A stretch of DNA of 64,000 nucleotides from Podarcis erhardii (Eukaryota), in the NCBI GenBank assembly GCA_964252035.1, contig OZ176213.1. One strand, given 5' to 3'. The position numbers and the translations under genes were made by a program. Shown here piece by piece: positions 49,098 through 62,459 of the stretch. The notes beneath the pieces were generated by a model. It was given only the letters and a program-made list of their open reading frames with translations. It did no database searches and was not told where the DNA came from. Every line of letters begins with the position of its first letter. The first letter of the stretch is position 1.

Positions 49098-52000
49098 TGT
49101 GTGTGTAAGGACGTGTTGAGAGGCAGTTGGGTCGCAGGGTTTTGTTGAATTAATTAAACTAAATAGTTCTAACTAGATTCTGAATGAATGTGCAATTAAT
49201 GGATACTATTTTGAATTTCATTGTTTTACCATCTTCTTTAGTGTGTAGTACAAACCGCTATTCTGAATAATGCTTTTTATATGGTAGGGAGCACTGGGGA
49301 TGTGTTTATGGAACCAACGGGGCCATGGCCCAAAAAGGTTTCGGAACCACTAAAGTATACCATGGCAGCCTCCCACAGCATGAAGCTGAACAGTACATAC
49401 CCGTATTTTTCGCTCTATAACATGCACCAGACCATAACACGCACATAGTTTTTAGAGGAGGAAAACAAGAAAAAAAATATTCTAAACGAAACAGTGGATA
49501 TATGTTTTTTGTGGTTCATGCTGTGGCCATAGACATGTGATCTGACAGTGAGTTTGGAGTAGCCCAGTGCAAAAATCCTGAGGATCCATGTGGATCCATG
49601 CTTTGTAACCATGGAGGAGGGAAGGAAGGGGAACCATGGATCCTCTGCTCACGACTGCAGCAGATCCCCCCCGCCACCCGCAGGCATTTGCTCCGCAACA
49701 CGCACAGACATTTCCCCTTACTTTCTAGGAGGAAAAAAGGGAGTGTTATGGTGCAAAAAATACGGTACATCACTGAAGCACAAGACCTTTCCTTTATTTA
49801 AATCATATAACACAAAAGGGTTACCAGTGGTGATGCGTAGTAAGAACAGTGGTCAGTTTCACTCCATGCTTTCTGACTGCATCCACAACCTACAGACACA
49901 GGAGGAAGAGGAAAGATATTTACCTTTTCACAAAATCTATTTGAGTCACAACCAGCTTTGTAGCTTATGTGGATTCTGTGAGTCCTTAAGGAGGCTAAGA
50001 GACATGTACTGCAAGGCTGGAAGGACAAATGCCCCCATCCCCATCCCTTGCTAAATGGGCTGAAGATTCCACAACACTTTTAAAAAAAAAATTATTAAAC
50101 ACTTTCAACTTACCAAATTATCAGTCTAAATAACCAACTACATTATTCCCCCCCCCAAGGACTTCCCTCAGCTCCCCTCTCTGATTTCTTTGCACATATT
50201 GTTCTCTGCATGTTATAAAATTGTACATATCCTTGCCTTATCTGTCATATGTTCTACTAATAAATTTATGGATGTTTATTCAAAACAAGCCAAGGAGTCC
50301 AAATCATTTTGTTGTCTTTTTAGATAATTTGTAAATCTTCCTTGAAGTCACAATTGTCCTTGTCACACAATTTATATGTCAATTTGGCCAGTTCCGCATA
50401 GCTCATCAGATTTTCTTGCTACTATTGATTTCACAACACTTTCTATGGCTACATTCACGCCATCCATTAAAAGCACTGTTGTTTACAGTCATGTCTTCCC
50501 CCAAATAATCCTGGGAGCTGTAGTTTATTAAGGGTGCCAAGAATTGCTAGGGAATCCCTTCGAAGAGCAACAATTCATAGAATAGTTGAACAATTAGCCC
50601 CTCTTCCCAGGGAAATATGGGAATTGCTGCTGTGGGAGGGCGAGAGGAGAATCTTATCAGAACCCTTAGCAAATGACAAGTCCCACAATTCTTTCAAATG
50701 ACTGTTGAAAGTGGTATCATGGTGCTTTAAATGGATGGTGCGAATGTGGCCTATCTTCAAAACCATGGCTTATTAAGGTCAATCTCATTTAGATGCCTAT
50801 TTGGACATAAGGAGTCCCTGTAAAAGGAAATACTAGGAGCACCAGCAGTTTCCTTATATGGGTTGGAAAAAAGCAAATACATTTCCTTCTTTTGAGTCTG
50901 TAGTTAATGCATGTGATACTTTAAACTTGATGGTAGGGAAAAAAAACCACCTCAAAGCAGTTTACAAAAAAAGACAAAACAATAAAATTATTACTAAAAA
51001 TGTATAGCAATAATTGAAAACATACAAAAAGTTAAAACAACAATAGACTGAAACAAATGAAAACTCACATCAACTTTCTAAACATCTGAGTAGGCTTGTT
51101 TAAACAATAATGTTTTCAGCAGGTGCTAAAAAGAATACAGTGAAGGAGCCTGCTTGTTATCAATAGGCAGGGAGTTCCAAAGTATAGGTGCTGCCACACT
51201 AAACAACTGAGTTCTTACAAATGTGAAACAGTTATTATGCGGTCCTTGCAAGAGTGCCAATTCTGCCATCTGAAGTGGTCAAGTGGGCACATATTGGATA
51301 AAGTGATCTCATAGGTAAACTGGTCCCAAGTTATTAAGGGCGTTATAGCCTAATAAAAAAACCTTGAACTTGTCTCGGTAGCAAATCAGCAACCAGTGCA
51401 GATCTCTGAGCACAGGTGTTATACGCTGATAAGGCCTCACTCCTGTCAGCAATCGTGCTGCAGCATTCTGCACTAACTGCAGCTTCCAGATCAAGCATCG
51501 CAGTGGCGTAGCGTGGGTTGTCAGCGCCCGGGGCAAGGCAAGTAATTTGCACCCCCTAACCCGTGGATTTGCGCCCCCTAACCCGTGGATTTGCACCCCC
51601 TAACCCGTGGATTTGCGCCCCCTAACCCCCAGATGTTGCGCCCAGTGTGGCCGGCCCCCCCTGCACCCCCCACGCTACGCCACTGCCTAGACGCCCATAC
51701 CGACTGGCAGCAGCTTTCCAGGGTTTCTACCAGGGGACATTCCTAACCTTTCCTGGAGATAACAAGGACCTTCTGCATACAAAGCAGATGCTCTTAAGCA
51801 ATGAGTTACGGCCCTTCTCTTTAGGAACATAAGTAGCTGCTTCATACAGAGTGAAGAGGATTGGATCCATTTAGCTCGGCACTGTGTACACTGACCAACT
51901 CCGCAAGTGTGGATCTGATCATCTAAACTGTGTTTTCCAAAGCTTGTAAACCCAGAAAGAGCAGAGGTACCTTCTGGGGCTGCACAGGGTCAACTATCGC

Positions 52001-55000
52001 AGCCTCCTTGGTGTCCTCGTCAATGAGCAGGTACATGTAATTGTCTGTGAGGGCCGGGAGCAGCTCCACCTTCATGCTGGCTTGTGAGATGACCTTGGAC
52101 GCTCTGCTTTCAAACTCGGTGTGGAGGAAGCTGGTGCGAAATTGCGGCAAACCTTCAGGAGATTAAGAAGAAGGACAAATTTTAGGACAGACAGTGGGTC
52201 CAGCAGTTAAGGCAAATGTGTGTATTGGGGGGGGGTGGCGTCCACGATGCTCTGGGCGGAGACTGGTGAAATATTCCAATGCACCAATGAAGGAGCAGTT
52301 TAGCTAGTGGGGGAGAGAATTTTGGGGAGGGTGACAGTTAAACAGTCAACAGAGAGGCAGGAAGGGCCTTAAGAAGCTGCTTTGCACCAAGTCTGGCCAT
52401 TGGTCCATCTGGTCTTGGGGGTGGGATTACCTAGGATGGTGCTAAGAGAAAAGGAGGCAGCAGGGGGTCCCTCTAAGCACCTTGATCACTTACCGTACTT
52501 TTCTGTCTATAAGACGCCTCCATGTATAATACTACCCCTATTTTGGGGGTCTTAAATTTAAGAAAACGGGGAGATTGGCAAAAGAGTTGTTGAGCTTTTT
52601 TTGCGCAGTTTTCAAAAGCTGCAAATCAACCACCCAACTGCTGGATCGTCAGCCAATCAGCAACAACCACTGACACACCAACTACTAACACATACAATAG
52701 CCGCTGACAGCCGCAGCAGCAACCAAATAAAAGTCCACCCTATGCACTACCCATGTATAAGACGCCCCACACCTTTTTGAATGATTTTGAAAGAAAAAAA
52801 AATAGGCTTATTCACGGAAAAGTATGGTATTTACAACTGACCAGGCTGGACCCCAAGTGAAACACCTTCCTCGCTTCATATTAGAAGTTTTACTGTTCTT
52901 ATTGCTTTCAAAGCTATTTCCTTTGATCACAATTGTTTGTATTTATGATTCTGAGATTCACAAGATAGCCAATTATTGGTAACAGCTATTGATTTTGTTA
53001 TAATTTAGTTACCACACCTCTGTGGTAGGTGAAGGTCTATGCACGTGTGGTAAGTGGCTAAATTTATGCTATAAACTCCCTTCAGCCTTACACTTTCATT
53101 AGTAAATATTATTTACTAAATATTCTTTTTTAAGTTACAAGATTAGGTCAGAGCATATATAAATATTTGCATATATGTATTTTTTGAATAAATATGCAGT
53201 TAATTGTTACTGTTTCATATTTTATTGTGTCGTTGTCTTCCTTAATGAGCTGTACAAATGGCTATTTTGAATAATGCTTTTTATAGGGTAGGGGGCACTG
53301 GAGGTGAACTAATGGGACCAAGGGGGCAATGGTCTCCAAAAGTTTGGGAACAGCTGCTTGAACCTGTCAGCTAAGGCCATTTCCTACATTCTGTCATACT
53401 AATGCTTCAAACTTAATGGACGATCACTTCTCCACAAAAATGCAATCTACACTAGAGCAGACACCAAGAGGCGCAGCATCAATAGATTAAAGTAAAAATA
53501 AATAAATGAGGTGACCTCATTTCCCAAAGTCATCATTACATGCTATGCTGAGTCATCTCCAAGTCCCTTCAAAAGTGTACAGCAGTGCCTCTCAGTAAGC
53601 GGAAGAACCAGTTTGTCTCCCCACAAAGAGACTAGCTTCTCTGGTTGTAATTTTTTTAATTCACGAGAGAAACTGCCTTGCCCAATGGAAAGAAGTAATT
53701 AAATTAAACAGATACAAACAGAGAAGCTTCTCAAATGGATACACACACATTATTAATATCCTTACAATAACCCTGTACGGTAGGGCAACAGCATTATTCC
53801 CATTTGGCAAATGGGAAGGAAGTGGAGCTGAGACAGAAGAGAAGGGTGGTCCACTCCAAGCAAGGGTGGGGGAACTTGTGGACCACTCCGGATGTCGCTG
53901 GACTCCCAGTAGGCTGAGCAGGCAGCAATGCCAAAGACAGCTGATGGGAGTTGTAGTCCGACAACCACCCTGCTTCCTTTCTCTCCCCCACCTCATCCAC
54001 ATAGCTGTCAACCTTCTCTTTTTTTGCAGGAAATTCCCTTATTCCAGCGCTGTTTCCCACTGCTATCCCGGATTGTTAGATATCCCATAGACTGTCCCCG
54101 GGACAGGTGAGGCTGCTGATCCCTTATTTTCGAGGCTGCTGATCCCTTATTTTCAAATCTGAAAGTTGACAGCTATGCTCATCCGCTGCAGCCTGGTGGA
54201 ATGGCTGCTGCCATCTGGCAGTCAATGGAGGGAGGAATCCTGTCTCTCAGCAGAGCTTTGGGGGGAAATCCCAGTAAAAACACTGAAGTCTGTCTACCCC
54301 TGATTCACACTAACTAGAAGTGGTTTTTCATGGGATATCGCCAGGGATTGAACCTGGGACCTTCTGCATGCAAAGCAAGTGACTTACTTACTGAGCCACA
54401 GACCTCCACATAAATGCACGTTGTTCCCTGATTCTGCCATACACTTCCCTGAGTCTAGAGGGGTGCCTTGAACCTCATTATTTAGGGGTCCTCAAAGCAG
54501 CATTTAAACTAGCAAGAGTTACTGGTGCACACAAATCTCGACAGGACACAGTCATCAGTGACCCAGATTGCAGGTTTTTCCCTGCCTGGAAGTTTATTTA
54601 TTTTAATTACGTACGGCATTTTTACACCCTGCCCTTTTGAGCCAAAAAAGGGGCTCCCAAATCAGCATAGAAAAATCAGTACTACAATGGCCCCTGATAT
54701 CAGACTGAGAATATGAAAAGATATGACACACAAGGAAGAAGGTGGAAAGAGCAAGCTCAAGTGCAGGTCCTTAAAATTACAGCTCCTATAACACAGTTAT
54801 ATTATTTGGAGACAATTCTACCACAGGCTCCCATAAAACAAGGATTATTTACAAACTTGCCTTAAAGCACACAAGCAGTGCAGTGCAGTGAGGAAGGATC
54901 CTTCCTTTCTTCCTGTGACCTGCAGGACTCTTGAGTCTTCAAGCCATCACAGCTCTGTATAGCTCTGTATAGCTCTGTATAGAGTCTAGACACTAAGAAG

Positions 55001-58000
55001 GCTGTTTCAACACCTACAACCTCCACAATCCAGCTGTGCAGATGGCTCAGCTAGGCTGAGCTCCACCCATCCAGCACTGCTGTCAGCGATTATCACTGTT
55101 TGTGTTGTCAGCAAGTCTGGCTTACCGCAAAGATGTACCAAGGGGTAGGGTTGGGGGGCCCTATTTCCCTGGGGTATCTCCCACACTCCTAGTTCTCTGT
55201 TCTAGAGAAGCTGAGTGGGGTGGTTAAGCCATTATGAAAGTCTCAAGGAGATGGTCAATCACACGGTTGGCAAACAAGAGCAGAAACTCATGGGGCCTGG
55301 CCAGCAAATCTGAAAGTGAAAGGCGCTATGGAAAAAGAAACGAAAGTGATTATTAAAAAACAAAGCATTGGGAGGGTGGATAACCAGGAGTGCGAAATGA
55401 GCTAGGATTTTTAAAGCCGAGGTTCCTTTTTTGTACAGTGGCAGGTTGAAGGGAGCCAAATAGCAACTCTGAGTTTCCCTATTCACCTTGCACATTCTTT
55501 TAGCACTGGGAATGCACTGACTAGGAATACACTGGGGTTAAAGGAGAAGCAGCCTCATCCAAAGAATGGGGGAAACCCAGTCACATGGTTGGGGTACTAA
55601 TCTAATATTGATATTATACTACTACTGTACTTTTTAAATTATAATAATTTGGTGGTGTCATCGCCACTAGAGCCTTTTCAGCGGTGGTTCCCTGGTTGTG
55701 GAATGCCCTTCCTAGTAAGGTGTGCCCATCTCCATCATTACTAACTTTCAGGAGGGATTTGAAAACATTCCCATTTACCCAGAAATTTGGCAGCTGGAGA
55801 ATGCAGTTTCTGGCAACCTTGAGATCACTGGTTGGAAGAATTTTTTTAACTGTTTTAGATGTTTTTTAAGTATAACTTATTTTAGATGTTTTAATTGTAA
55901 TACGCTGCCAGTAGTATCAAATGCATTGATTAAGTCTGATGCAAGTCAGATAGCTCATAGCTTTGGCTGCTTGTGTGTACAATTCCACAAATTGGCTGGG
56001 GGAGTTCAATCCACATTTCAAGTTGGATTGACCCTGTCAGCCATTGCCATCACCACCTCCAAAAACCCCACCGACTTGTACTCAAACTGGTGGAAAAAAA
56101 CCCAGATCCTTCCCTTCTAGTTTCCTAATCCCAGACTACAGGATTGTGGTAATTTTCAGTCTCAAAGGGAAAACTACCACAAACAGCTTGAAGATGTTAA
56201 GCTGAAACTAACATGAACATCATTTGAACTCAATATTCATGGGAACTTGATTTTTTGGTGTGGCAGCACCTACACTTTGGACCTCCCTGCCTAAAGATAT
56301 CAGGCTGGCACCTTCACTGTATTCTTTTTGGCCCCTACCAAAAAACATTATTGTTTAGACATGCTTACCCAGATGTTTAGAAAGTTGATGCAAGTTTTTA
56401 TCTGTATTTAGTCTATTGTTATTCTAACTTTCTGGAAGTTTCAAATGGTTATTGTTAATTTTACATGTTGATAATTTTCTTGTGGTTTTTTTGTAAATTA
56501 CTTTGAAGGGTTCTTTTTACAATCAAGTGAATTTTAAAAAAAACTACCGTATTTTTCGTTATATAAGACACACCAGACCACAAGACACACCTAGTTTTTG
56601 GAGGAGGAAAACAAGAAAAAAAAAATTCTGAATCTCAGAAGCCAGAACAGCAAGAGGGATCGCTGCGCAGTGAAAGCAGCAATCCCTCTTGCTGTTCTGG
56701 CTTCTGGGATAGCTTTGCAGCCTGCATTTGCTCCATAAGATGCACACACATTTCCCATTACTTTTTAGGAGGGAAAAAGTGAGTCTTACAGAGCAAAAAA
56801 TACAGTATTTAATAAATAATAAATAAATATATTTTTAAAAGACTTTGCCTCATTTTAACCAAGTCTGTCTCTTCTCTGGTGCAATTTTGCTACTGGAAGT
56901 TCACATGAACTCCTTGTTGTATCATGTACTATGTGGTCTGTGTTACAGTAAAAGAGCACACCTGCAAACACTGGCCTGCAAGCACTCCAATTGGAGAATA
57001 GCCTCTACCAAAGACATCAAAGACTTTGAAGAAGCACAGACTCAGGATGAAAGGGAAAAAGGAGCTAAGAGGAAGGAACGTTTGGAAAATCCTCACTGTG
57101 ATCAACTCTCATCGGGAAACCTAAGTCCCCACTGTGGAAAGGAAATGTGGATCCAGAATTGGCCTCCACAGTCACTTATGGACACACTGTTAAGACCATA
57201 TTCATGGAAGACAATCTTAGTCAGCTACGAGTGATTGCCAAAGAAGAACAGAGCACACGATGAGTTCCACATTCCCAAATTCAATAAAAAGGAAAATATT
57301 AGAGCTACCTTTCCATCTTACAATGGACAGCAGATTTTGTTTATCAAACTGTAAGATGATAACCGATTCCTTACTTCAGGATACAGGCATGTGCCCCCAC
57401 CCTGAGAAATAGCTCCACTATTCTACAAAACACTTTGTAAACATCCACTTGTCTCCTTAAACCTACTTTGCTCTTCTCCTCCATATTTAATATCTTCCAG
57501 AAGTAGAACTGAAATTAGTTTCCTTTTCAAAATTCTCTTTTATGAAATTTGCTGTTGAATATTATCCAGATATTAAGTACCTATGGTACTTGACAACATT
57601 TAGAGGCTAACATGCAATAGACACTGTCCAATTGCAAACATGCAATAGTATGTAGAAGCCAGGAATATTTGATAGCTGGCACGTAATCATAGCATTTGAG
57701 ACATAAAGTGAAATGGCATTTAATATTTCAGAGATGACAGCTTGATGAGATGTCATGCATGCCCATACAATCAAGAGACACCAGAGAAAGTTTTGTTTAA
57801 TGTCAAAACACAATTTCAGACTTTTTGAGTGGTAAGACAAGAAAGCCCATCCAATTTCGTTGCAGGTCATTTTCACTCAGGCTTAGAGATGCCTTGTTGC
57901 AGTTTTACCCAAATCGGCTGCCCTTCAGCTGTTTTACACTACAACTCCCATCAGCCCCAGCCAAGCATGGCTGTGTTCCCATCAGCCATGGTATCCTACG

Positions 58001-59414
58001 TGCTTGCTGTATGGGGCTGATGGGAGTTGTAGTCCAAAACAACTGGAGGACACCTGGTTGAGAAATAAAGGTAAAGGTAAAGGGACCCCTGACCATTAGG
58101 TCCAGTCGTGGCCGACTCTGGGGTTGCGGCGCTCATCTTGCTTCATTAGCCGAGGAAGCCGGCGTACAGCTTCCGGGTCATGTGGCCAGCATGACTAAGC
58201 CGCTTCTGGCGAACCAGAGCAGTGCACAGAAACGCCGTTTACCTTCCCGCTATTTATCTACTTGCACTCTGACATGTTTTCGAACTGGTAGGTTGGCAGG
58301 AGCAGGGACTGAGCAACGGGAGCTCACCCCATTGCGGGGATTCGAACCGCCGACCTTCTGATCAGCAAGTCCTAGGCTCTGTGGTTTAACCCACAGCGCC
58401 ACCCAGTTGAGAAATAAGGCTGAGCTAATTCCTGTTCAACAACTCGCCTCCACCCTGTGTCTATTGAGGCTGGTAACTTAAGCCCTTGCGAGTTTGGAGG
58501 TGAATATGGCCTCAGGGGCCTTCAGCTGCTGACCGCCCCCCACCGCCAACACATTTAGCAACTTGTGGGTCAGTCTCACTCAAACGTCATTGCACCAGCG
58601 ACACGACTTTTGCTACGTATAATAAAATGAAAGAGAAGGTGGAAGAAAGGAGAGAGAATGCGTGTGTGTCTACACTGTATACCAGGCACCCCCAAACTCG
58701 GCCCAGTGGTCAGGGATGATAGGAATTGTAGTCCCAAAACATTTGGAGGGCCGAGGTTGGGGATGCCTGCTTGTATGCTATACACGTTCTATATTCGTCG
58801 AAGTGTTATAGATAACGCTCAAGGGGGGATTTCTACTTCGTCCAAGTCGCACAGATTCTCAGAGATCTGAAGCCTCCGCACCCACAAAAAGACAATTCCC
58901 AACGAAAAGGAATAGCTATAAATAGATACCAGTATGCGCGCACTGTAAATATGTCCAGAGAAAGTGTGTCCATACTCCAGACTGGGTTTAGGAGGGGGGC
59001 GCGGGTCTGAAGAGGTTTGAAGGTCTCCTGCCTTACAGTGAAGACTAACTTATTTTTTAACTCATCATTTAAAAGCCGAGTGTCATGCAATAGATTTCAT
59101 GCTCTTTGCAATTCGTGCTCTGCGGGCGACCAGAAGGAAAACGAGCGGCTTTGGCGAGCTAAGGGTGTCCGCAGAGCGCAAGATTCCCCCTCCAATAAAG
59201 GACACGTCCAAGAGCAGCTGCAAGAGGATCCTCACCGAAAAAGGCGCTTTTTCAATAATAACTTTTTGAAAAGATAACGTCGCTTCAAACCCTGCAATGT
59301 TAAGGGGAGGCGACGCTTCCTTCTGCTGCGGCTCCACTTACCCGATCGGAGCCCCAAGAACAACACAGCGGCTGCGGCAGCGGCGCCGATCCTCCCTCCG
59401 CCCCCGCAGACCAT
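40039..59414 (-). CDS. HAGH: Hydroxyacylglutathione hydrolase (glyoxalase II), 310 aa with N-terminal leader
   Basis: Exons (minus strand) 59342-59414,51971-52152,49825-49889,47681-47798,45596-45704,43995-44098,42417-42518,41294-41373,40039-40138 (933 nt). Motifs: [48 protein letters not shown] second in-frame Met ([12 protein letters not shown] 52075-52073) matches the known cytosolic start. Confidence 0.97.
45100..45340 (-). mobile_element. CR1-like LINE fragment
   Basis: cttcatgaatttgcccaatcctcttt...tttgtcctgaatcttccaacattcagcttcat resembles the reverse complement of a CR1 3' region. Confidence 0.55.
49043..49106. repeat. Compound (CT)n(GT)n microsatellite
   Basis: Directly visible. Confidence 0.95.
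49401..49765. mobile_element. TA-flanked Tc1/mariner-type MITE
   Basis: TIRs ccgtattttt / aaaaatacgg. Related TA-flanked copies at 52493-52827 and 56547-56805. Confidence 0.7.
50990..51500 (-). mobile_element. L2-clade LINE fragment
   Basis: Minus-strand translation [15 protein letters not shown]...[11 protein letters not shown]...[19 protein letters not shown] is L2 ORF2 C-terminal sequence. Confidence 0.8.
51501..51685. mobile_element. hAT-like MITE with an internal 22-bp minisatellite
   Basis: Perfect 17-bp TIRs cagtggcgtagcgtggg / cccacgctacgccactg, with ~3.8 copies of atttgcRccccctaacccgtgg inside. Confidence 0.75.
55650..55900 (+). mobile_element. L2-like 3' fragment
   Basis: Translation [14 protein letters not shown]...[11 protein letters not shown]. 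Confidence 0.6.
58069..58405 (-). mobile_element. Sauria SINE with a 12-bp target-site duplication
   Basis: Third copy, flanked by gttgagaaataa at 58057-58068 and 58406-58417. Confidence 0.9.
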
Positions 59415-59750
59415 GGTCCAAGGCGGAGGCTGCAACCAGGCACCCTCCGCGCCCCCTTACACAAGCACCGGCCGGGCGATCTGTTTGGTGCAGATGCCTT
59501 CCAGCCCCTTTCCCTTTGGCCCCTGACCCGTCTCAGGCAGCCAATCGCTTCCCCGGACTCTGAGCCGGGCGGGGCGTTTATACGATTGGAGGACAGGCTG
59601 GCGTCCTTGCAAAAAAGGCGAGACGGGCGCAGTGGAGTGGCGGCTTTAGGGAAGCGTGACTGTGAAAGGTAAGCAAGGTTGCAGCGGGCGACTCTCGCTT
59701 AGAAAATGAGACCGCCCTTGCAGAAGTACCTGACGGCGGAGGAGGCAAAG
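58950..59750. promoter_or_regulatory. CpG island / bidirectional promoter of HAGH-FAHD1
   Basis: CpG-dense; CCAAT 59541-59545, GGGCGGGG 59567-59574 and ATTGG 59585-59589 lie between divergent genes. Confidence 0.8.
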
Positions 59751-60830
59751 GGTAAATGGTTGAGCTAGGCCTTGTTAGGGTATATAACAACAGAAATAGT
59801 CTTTGAGCGCACGCAGAGTGCACCTGTTTAAGGAAGTAGATCTCTTAGGTGATGAAACAAGGCTTGCCCAAACACCCAGAATATTTCAGGGCCTGGAGTC
59901 AGCCTGGCACATTTAAAATAATTAGAAAGTGCATTTGAGAAGGGGCAGAATGCACAAAATCTTAGCCAATTGTGTGGGCAGTGGGACTCGAGGGACAGAT
60001 TTTTTCTTTCTTTCTTATTGTGACTATTATACATGGGTGTAGTGAAGTGGGAACAGGGAGGGGCAGTTGCCCCCCCCATAAATAAAAATCAGTAAAAATA
60101 CATAGCAAACTGTGGTCCTGCCCACCCAACAAAACGCCTGCCGCCCCACCCCACCCCCCAAATAATGGCTGTTATATTTGGAGATGTTCTAGTTCTGACT
60201 ACTAGCCTTGTTTTGGATCTGTGACTGACAAACTGATGCCAGGTGACAGGAATCTGAGCTGGACAGCCATAAAACAGGGAGTCCCAAGCTTTCACCCATG
60301 TTCCTGCACTTACAATCTACTAGTGATTATTACAGTCTGATTTGCTAAGCTATGATGTGAATGAGCAAGTGTGCTAGTGCAGTGATAAAATCGTGCCTGC
60401 CTTGCTCCTCCTGTTCCTTTCATGCCATAGCTTTGTGTAATGTTTGAACCTGGGATGATGATTTGTCTTGCTTCAAGCAAACCATGAACTGTAACCAATG
60501 TATTTTTTGCCAACTGCTCATGGATTGTTTGAGGGAAACACCACAAGCCTGGGTTCGGATGTCATGCTAATAAGCCACACCATGTCTTAGGTAGTATGTT
60601 GGGGAAATAGCTATGTGGCCAGGATTTTCTCACTGTGGACTGCATCCTTGCTCGTTCATGCTAAACTATAGTTTGGCTTAGTATTATGTGTGAATGAGGC
60701 TAATGCATTGTGAAAGTACAAAGAATGGGCTTGACAGCTGTATTGAGAATTTCTGGTAGCAAAAGAAGCTGAATGGGAAGGAAATGTATGAGTTTTACCC
60801 ACAGATCTTTGTTTTATTTCTCTCCCCAAG
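59669..60830 (+). other. Probable 5'-UTR intron of FAHD1
   Basis: Strong donor AAG|gtaagc at 59669 and a pyrimidine-rich acceptor (tttctctccccaag) ending at 60830, 106 nt upstream of the ATG. Confidence 0.55.
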
Positions 60831-60936
60831 CTGAGAACCAAGCAGACAGATTGAAGTGAAGAAATTGCGTCTGTTGCAGCAAAGTTCTAGCTGCCCCACT
60901 CAGAGCTCATTGTCCTGCAATTACTGAGAGGGGGAA

Positions 60937-61608
60937 ATGACTTCTTCAAAGCCTTTGGCCAGGTTCTGGGAGTGGGGCAAGAACATAATCTGTGTGGGGA
61001 GGAATTATACAGAGCATGCCAAAGAGCTAAAGAACACCCTCCCAACTGAGCCGCTCTTCTTTCTCAAGCCATCATCTGCCTATGTCAGGGAAGGCTCTCC
61101 CATCATCCAGCCCTACTACTGTAATAAGCTGCACCATGAAGTGGAACTTGGGGTGGTGATCGGGAAGAGAGCCCAGGCAGTTTCCCAGAAAACAGCAATG
61201 GACCATGTGGCAGGCTATGCCCTCTGCTTGGACATGACAGCCAGGGATACCCAAGAAGAATGCAAGAAGAAAGGGCTTCCTTGGACAATGGCCAAAGGGT
61301 TCAATACCTCCTGTCCAGTCAGTGACTTTGTGCCCAAAGAGAAAGTCCCAGATCCACACCAGTTGAAGATCTGGCTAAAGGTAAATGGGGAGATGCGACA
61401 AGAAGGAGATACATCAGACATGATCTTCTCTATCCCCTACATCATCAGCTACATCAGTGGTATTGTCACACTGGAAGAAGGGGATGTCATCCTAACAGGA
61501 ACCCCAAAAGGGGTTTCTGCTTTGCAAGAGAATGATGAAATAGAAGCTGGGATCCAGGGGGTGGTGAGCATGCGGTTTCAAGTAGTTCGGCAGAAATGCC
61601 GGCCTTGA
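60937..61608 (+). CDS. FAHD1: Fumarylacetoacetate hydrolase domain-containing protein 1, single coding exon, 223 aa
   Basis: ORF MTSSKPLARFWEWGKNIICVGRNY...HHEVELGVVIG...DMTARD...AKGFNTSCP...GDVILTGTPKG; head-to-head with HAGH. Confidence 0.97.
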   Translation: MTSSKPLARFWEWGKNIICVGRNYTEHAKELKNTLPTEPLFFLKPSSAYVREGSPIIQPYYCNKLHHEVELGVVIGKRAQAVSQKTAMDHVAGYALCLDMTARDTQEECKKKGLPWTMAKGFNTSCPVSDFVPKEKVPDPHQLKIWLKVNGEMRQEGDTSDMIFSIPYIISYISGIVTLEEGDVILTGTPKGVSALQENDEIEAGIQGVVSMRFQVVRQKCRP

Positions 61609-62453
61609 TAGGGGATGTTTCCTTTTACCTTAAGAGCAGATTCAAACTGTAGAGCAAAGGGACACTAAACCATTCCTTTCCTGTGGGACAGGAGAGACTG
61701 GGAGCTTAGATTCTCCTTATATAGCAACCAAGTAAAATTGGCTTTCCCCTCATTCAGGTTCTAGCTTCTTCCACATTGACAGACAGTGAGAGAAGGGCTG
61801 AGAGCCCATCTTGTTGGGCATTTAATATATTCACAGTGTTCAGGCACCACACTAAGCCCTAGCATAAAAAGAACAAGTCACAACAAGCCTCAGGCTTGTA
61901 CACTCTTTGCTCTCCTCTTTGGTTCTGGCACAGCAGCAAGTAGTTCACTTTCAGTTTAGATTAACTGCAGACCCCCCAAAACTGGTTAATCTTAACTATG
62001 GTTTGTTGAACAAAGCAAACTCCAGACCATAGGTTATGAAGCTGGTTTTTTAAAAAAACAAACAATAGTTAACATTAACATGTGGTTCAGACAACACACT
62101 AAACTATGGTTTGAAAGTGAAAGCTTCCAAATTATTGAAGGACGTGCCATAGGAAGAGGGGGGGGAACGTGCAAGCTTATACTCACTGTGGCTTTTACTT
62201 GTCATCATAAACGATTGTGTGGCCTTTCTTTTAAACTAAGTGTGGCCTTTCTGAAAAGCGCAGCCAAAGAATGTAATAATTATTCTTTTCTACCAGACTA
62301 GACTGCTTTTATAGAGTTCAACAGGGAAAATTATATTAAAATATACACATACAAAATGGAAATATGGTGAAATTTAGAATATATTTTGTAATGAAGTCTG
62401 ATGCAACTGTATACTAAGGTGTAAACAAAACAAAACTTCTATCTACTTGCCTC

Positions 62454-62459
62454 AATAAA
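62454..62459 (+). terminator. Candidate AATAAA of FAHD1
   Basis: Hexamer ~850 nt after the stop codon; another lies ~40 nt further on. Confidence 0.35.

Noticed and set aside
51545-51629. Regular 22-bp repeats as a CRISPR-like array
   Set aside because: The repeats are head-to-tail with no spacers, inside a eukaryotic MITE.
54107-54152. 23-bp direct duplication (gaggctgctgatcccttattttc x2), and a 10-bp triplication near 54955
   Set aside because: Simple slippage duplications in intronic or repeat sequence, with no sign of function.
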